From Acidobacteriota bacterium (lineage in GTDB: Bacteria > Acidobacteriota > CAIWXX01), in assembly GCA_040755995.1 (NCBI GenBank), contig JBFMAF010000010.1, positions 256,001-320,000 of the forward strand: a DNA stretch of 64,000 nt, given 5' to 3'. The notes under the pieces were generated by a model. The model saw nothing but the letters and a program-made list of their open reading frames with translations. It was not told where the DNA came from and ran no database searches. Both the position numbers and the translations under genes were made by a program. Positions 60,187-64,000 of the stretch are shown here, one piece after another (the first letter of the stretch is position 1; every line of letters starts with the position of its first letter).

Positions 60187-62394
60187 TCACTTCTCAGGCT
60201 CCACCGGTTGCATTTCGCCGAGCAGCGCTTCTGCACGCTCGGCTATGTTCTTGAGGTGGCTGTCTTGCGATTGCGACGCCAACGCGACGACGCGCTTCAG
60301 ATCCGACTCAGCCTTCTCACGGTACGCGGCCGCCTGCGCAGGATCGAGCCTGGCGAGATGCAGCTGGATCTCTCCAAGCCGACAACGGATCGCAGCCTCA
60401 TCCGATGGTCCCCCTGAGAACGCCAGGCCGGAGTTGAACACATCGGTGGCTTTCCGGAACTCGGCGACGGCCCCATCGATCCGGCCGGCGCTTTCGAGGG
60501 AAGCGGCACGCGTGGCGCAGTCCGCGCCCCAGCCAAATGTGTCAACGAACTTGCAGTTGCGCACGAGCTCTTCGTCGACGGGGAAGCGGTAGGCGGTGAA
60601 TTGATCCTTCTTGATCTCGCATGTGACACCGCGATAGTCATCCACGATTGTGTTGACGTCCCCGTCATCGCGGAATAGCGAAGTGGGGGTCTTCCGGCCG
60701 GTCTCCCTGTCCACGCGCAGCAGCCGCAGCTTCTTGTCCTCCTTCGCAACGTAGAAGGTCGCATCCCCGCCTGTCGCACGGACCTGCAGATAATCCGTCC
60801 TCGCGAGCTGGCCCAAGCTGCCTGCCATGAGCTCTGAGGATTGAAGCAGAAGAGGCGCGTTGGTCATGGCAGCTCCGGTGCTGCCTGCCGCGACCATCAG
60901 CGCGCCGCCGAGAAGCATGCCAAAGGCCGCACCTCCCTTCGACATCTCCTTCTGCGGGATGACCCCCGTGTCGTAGACCTCGCGCCAGTCGACCGCGTCG
61001 TACTTCGCCATCTGGTTGGCCGATTGCAGAACAACGAACCTGTCCCCTGCCGGCGTCATCGTCTCGATGCCGCTCTTGAACTTCACTGTTTGGCTGTAGA
61101 CCTCTTTGCCGGTTCGCTTGTCCAGGGCGGTGACCTTCTGACCCGTCGCGAACAGCACGCGATCACCCACGAGGGTCATACCCGCACTGACATCTCTGAA
61201 ACGCGCCGTCTCCCACAGCAAGGCTCCTGTCTCGGCATTGACGGCCTTCAGCTGGAACTTCTTGCCTCGCGGGCGATGGACGAAGAGCATGTCGCCATCG
61301 AGATAGAGGCACTTCGGATCGTCGTTGTCGTACTTGGTGAGCTCTTCGTCTTTCGCAAACCACACGGCAATCCGCTCGCCCGTCGAACGATTCACGACGA
61401 ATAGGCCGTCGCTCATCAGGGCATACACGCGGTCTGTCGATATCGCCATTGACAGGACACGATCATGCCCGTCCTGATCCCCTGGCACTTGCCAGTTCGT
61501 CCTCCCGGTTTCCATGTCAAAGCTCTGGAGCACAAATCGATAGTGGATGCCTGAGAACGCGCCCCTTACACAAGTCAGGTCGCTCCCGGAGTTGCCGAGG
61601 AAGTTCCCGGGATCTTGATGGTATTGATCCTGGCCCGGCTGACCTACCCACATGCCCTGAACGCTTGAGACCGAGGCCGGAAGCACCAGGGTCCCACCGC
61701 GGGATTGCTCCTGATGCCATCGGGTGGCCCCCGTGTCCATGTCGATCGCATACAGCTCCGATGAGCGCCAGAGACTGGGAATGGTCCGTGCGAGAATCAC
61801 CCGTTGCTGGGGGATTCCCGTGACGCCGATCCTTGTCTCGCGTACGTCGCCGTTTCGCCACAGAACACGCCCGTCGTGCAGGTCTACTGCCGCGAAGCGG
61901 AAGTGGTCGGATTTTGACTCCACGAGGTTGTCCTTCCAATATCGCACGAGGATGATGTTGCCCACCACCATCACGCCGCCCTCGTCCCCCAGCTCGAACC
62001 CGCCGTATTCCCAACGTGTCTTTCCGGTTTCCGAGTCGATGGCCGCAAGGCGTACTGCGTATCCCCCGTCGTACATCAGGGCCACGATCAGTCCGTTGGC
62101 AGTTCGGGAGAAATCGAGCCCACTGGGTCGAATCTCGTATGGGGAACTCATTCCAAACACACGGCAGACCGACCTCATGCTCTCCACCTCAGCCCGAGGC
62201 GAGATCGTGCCCGAATCAGCGTTGAGCACCCAGAGGACCCTCTCCTTGCCTTTCAGGGTCCACGCGGGCGGTGTGGTGTTCTTCTCGGCCGCAGTCAATG
62301 AGGCTGCGAGCAGACATTGGATCAGCAGCGCCATGGCCAAGACGACCATGTCTGCTCTGAACGAGGCTGGCGTTCGGTCGGCACGAGGATTCAT
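60187..62394 (-). CDS. Secreted PQQ-like beta-propeller (BamB-like) protein with C-terminal TPR-like helices
   Basis: Repeated A-x-D-x-x-T-G-x-x-x-W motifs; signal peptide; AAGGAG RBS. Confidence 0.8.
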   Translation of the reverse strand: MNPRADRTPASFRADMVVLAMALLIQCLLAASLTAAEKNTTPPAWTLKGKERVLWVLNADSGTISPRAEVESMRSVCRVFGMSSPYEIRPSGLDFSRTANGLIVALMYDGGYAVRLAAIDSETGKTRWEYGGFELGDEGGVMVVGNIILVRYWKDNLVESKSDHFRFAAVDLHDGRVLWRNGDVRETRIGVTGIPQQRVILARTIPSLWRSSELYAIDMDTGATRWHQEQSRGGTLVLPASVSSVQGMWVGQPGQDQYHQDPGNFLGNSGSDLTCVRGAFSGIHYRFVLQSFDMETGRTNWQVPGDQDGHDRVLSMAISTDRVYALMSDGLFVVNRSTGERIAVWFAKDEELTKYDNDDPKCLYLDGDMLFVHRPRGKKFQLKAVNAETGALLWETARFRDVSAGMTLVGDRVLFATGQKVTALDKRTGKEVYSQTVKFKSGIETMTPAGDRFVVLQSANQMAKYDAVDWREVYDTGVIPQKEMSKGGAAFGMLLGGALMVAAGSTGAAMTNAPLLLQSSELMAGSLGQLARTDYLQVRATGGDATFYVAKEDKKLRLLRVDRETGRKTPTSLFRDDGDVNTIVDDYRGVTCEIKKDQFTAYRFPVDEELVRNCKFVDTFGWGADCATRAASLESAGRIDGAVAEFRKATDVFNSGLAFSGGPSDEAAIRCRLGEIQLHLARLDPAQAAAYREKAESDLKRVVALASQSQDSHLKNIAERAEALLGEMQPVEPEK

Positions 62395-62591
62395 GCTTGT
62401 CCATCTCCTTTCATGACTGGTTGCCTGAACAGACTCGGGCATGGGAGACGATGCGGTATCACGCGGCGGGAGAGTCGGCCTCATATCAAGCAGTCTTGCA
62501 ACCGCGGTGCCAGGGCGCCAAGTGCGAGCTCAGCCTCCGGAGGCGTGCCGGATGAAGGGCATATGGGTCGCCAAGCTGTCGGCTCAATTCT

Positions 62592-62607
62592 GCACTTTAT
62601 AAAGTGC
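62592..62607. promoter_or_regulatory. Perfect 16-bp palindrome GCACTTTATAAAGTGC between divergent genes
   Basis: Self-complementary, in an AT-rich divergent intergenic region. Confidence 0.5.
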
Positions 62608-62767
62608 TTGATATCGACACAAGAAACACCTTTCGATTCTCCCGGCTATCTCGTTGAGTCTCAAGCTGGCTGCACCTGGGCACAGTCCAGCAACCATCTG
62701 GCATGATTCGTGAGAGATACGGACGCCTGGGAACTCCGTGAAATCTGTTAGAGGGAGGACAGACAGC

Positions 62768-64000
62768 ATGTGCGCAAGGTTGGTTCGAAGAGGGATTCAC
62801 TGCCTGTTTCTGGCCATAACGCTGGCGGCCCCCTGTGCCGCTGCCAGCAGCGGAGTCCGTTTGTCGGCGATGGACATACTCGTCACACCACCCGGGTTTG
62901 ACGATATCGGTGATGTGCTCGTGCAGCAGTTCGGGTGGCAGCAGGGTGTGGCATGGACCGAGATCCCGACCTCGTCCCTTGGGAACTACGATGCAATCAA
63001 GAACGCGAAGGTCATCTTCATCAACTGCTCCACGCTGTCCGTGGAGCCGGGGGCAGCGACTGCGTTGCGCCAATTCGTGAGTGCCGGTGGAGCCCTTTAC
63101 GCGTCTGACTGGGCCTATCGCTACATTCAGGACGGCTTTCCAGGATACCTGCAATTTCACGGAAGCCTCCCCACAGTTGGACCGGCAGGGCAGGTAGTGG
63201 CCCAGATCGTGGATCAAGGACTTCGCAACTACATCTACGGATCGTCGCCCGCAAGCACGATGATTCTCGATTTTGACCTGTCCTGGTGGGCAGTGCTGGA
63301 TCGCGCCCTGCGCTCGGATGTCTCGATTCTGCTACAGGGAGACATACCGGTGGCTCAGCGAAGTTCTGCATACCCCGCCACCGAGTCCTCATGGCGAAGG
63401 GCGGGCAGGACCTATTCGGAAAGCCAAGGGCTGACGTCGATGACTACCCATCCGCTGGCGGTGACGTTCCCGTATGGGGCTGGCAGGGTCGTGTACACAA
63501 GCTTCCACAACGAAGCCCAGACCGGGCCCGAGGAAAAGCGACTCATCGAGTACCTCGTCCTTGTTCCATATACAACACAGCTTCAGAACAGCCTCAACCA
63601 AGCCTTCGGCTCCAGAGGTCTGTCCACCGTCCGCACTGACCTGAACATGATAGACAGAGGATCCGAGGTGACGGGCACCTTTTATGACGTCACTGCTGGT
63701 GTGAATGCTGGGATTGGGCTCGCATGGGCCGGGAGCACCATGCGCCTGAGCGTCTACAGGCCTGACGGCTCGCCATACGCCGAGCAGACGGCCAGTACCT
63801 CGCCCGTGATCGTGACGATAGCGAAAGCCGATGCTTCGGGCGGCTCGTGGTCCTATCGCGTTGCCGCGGTGGATATCCCAAGCGACAGGTATCCGTTCGT
63901 CGTCGGCATCGGCACTGATGCGGCGAGCGGCGGGCCGCAGATAACGAAGATACAGTGCAGAAGGGCTACACCAGGGAGTCCGGCCACGATCAGGGGAACG
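62768..64000 (+). CDS. Secreted protein, 3'-partial: GATase-like domain, PPC-like domain and start of an IPT-like domain
   Basis: Not in the ORF track because it runs off the window; GGGAGG RBS, signal peptide, FINC, LRQFVSAGGALYASDWA, GAGRVVYTSFHNE, LSVYRPDG, PQITK. Confidence 0.75.
   Translation, partial: MCARLVRRGIHCLFLAITLAAPCAAASSGVRLSAMDILVTPPGFDDIGDVLVQQFGWQQGVAWTEIPTSSLGNYDAIKNAKVIFINCSTLSVEPGAATALRQFVSAGGALYASDWAYRYIQDGFPGYLQFHGSLPTVGPAGQVVAQIVDQGLRNYIYGSSPASTMILDFDLSWWAVLDRALRSDVSILLQGDIPVAQRSSAYPATESSWRRAGRTYSESQGLTSMTTHPLAVTFPYGAGRVVYTSFHNEAQTGPEEKRLIEYLVLVPYTTQLQNSLNQAFGSRGLSTVRTDLNMIDRGSEVTGTFYDVTAGVNAGIGLAWAGSTMRLSVYRPDGSPYAEQTASTSPVIVTIAKADASGGSWSYRVAAVDIPSDRYPFVVGIGTDAASGGPQITKIQCRRATPGSPATIRGT

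Overview
GC-rich bacterial chromosomal window, probably Acidobacteriota. The taxon is inferred from gene content (TolB/TPR Ser/Thr kinase, many BNR/IPT secreted proteins, LssY-C protein), not from a marker gene. The standout is a 12-gene, translationally coupled operon at 3120-15154. It combines a type II fatty-acid/polyketide core (FabZ, a Cys-less ketosynthase, FabF, an ACP with a large insertion, FabG) with four radical SAM enzymes, a nitroreductase, a rhodanese-membrane protein and an alpha/beta hydrolase. Two of the radical SAM enzymes are tandem homologues of the archaeal tetraether lipid synthase (Tes/GDGT-MAS). This looks like an undescribed pathway for a C-C- or S-cross-linked or cyclised lipid. 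Next come an Rrf2-ApbC-DUF971 Fe-S operon and a MocR-pdxS-pdxT operon. The rest holds a housekeeping block (larC-metG-tatD-SH3, nnr-tsaE), eno, an O-antigen ligase, a GET3/ArsA-HSP20 ATPase, kinases, an MNT-HEPN pair and many secreted hypothetical proteins. Non-coding signals are five period-7 tandem tracts, a triple-hairpin element downstream of eno, two perfect palindromes, several probable leaderless promoters and multiple deletion scars or pseudogenes. No rRNA, tRNA, CRISPR array or intact transposase was seen. All family calls come from motif recognition by eye; no database search was run.
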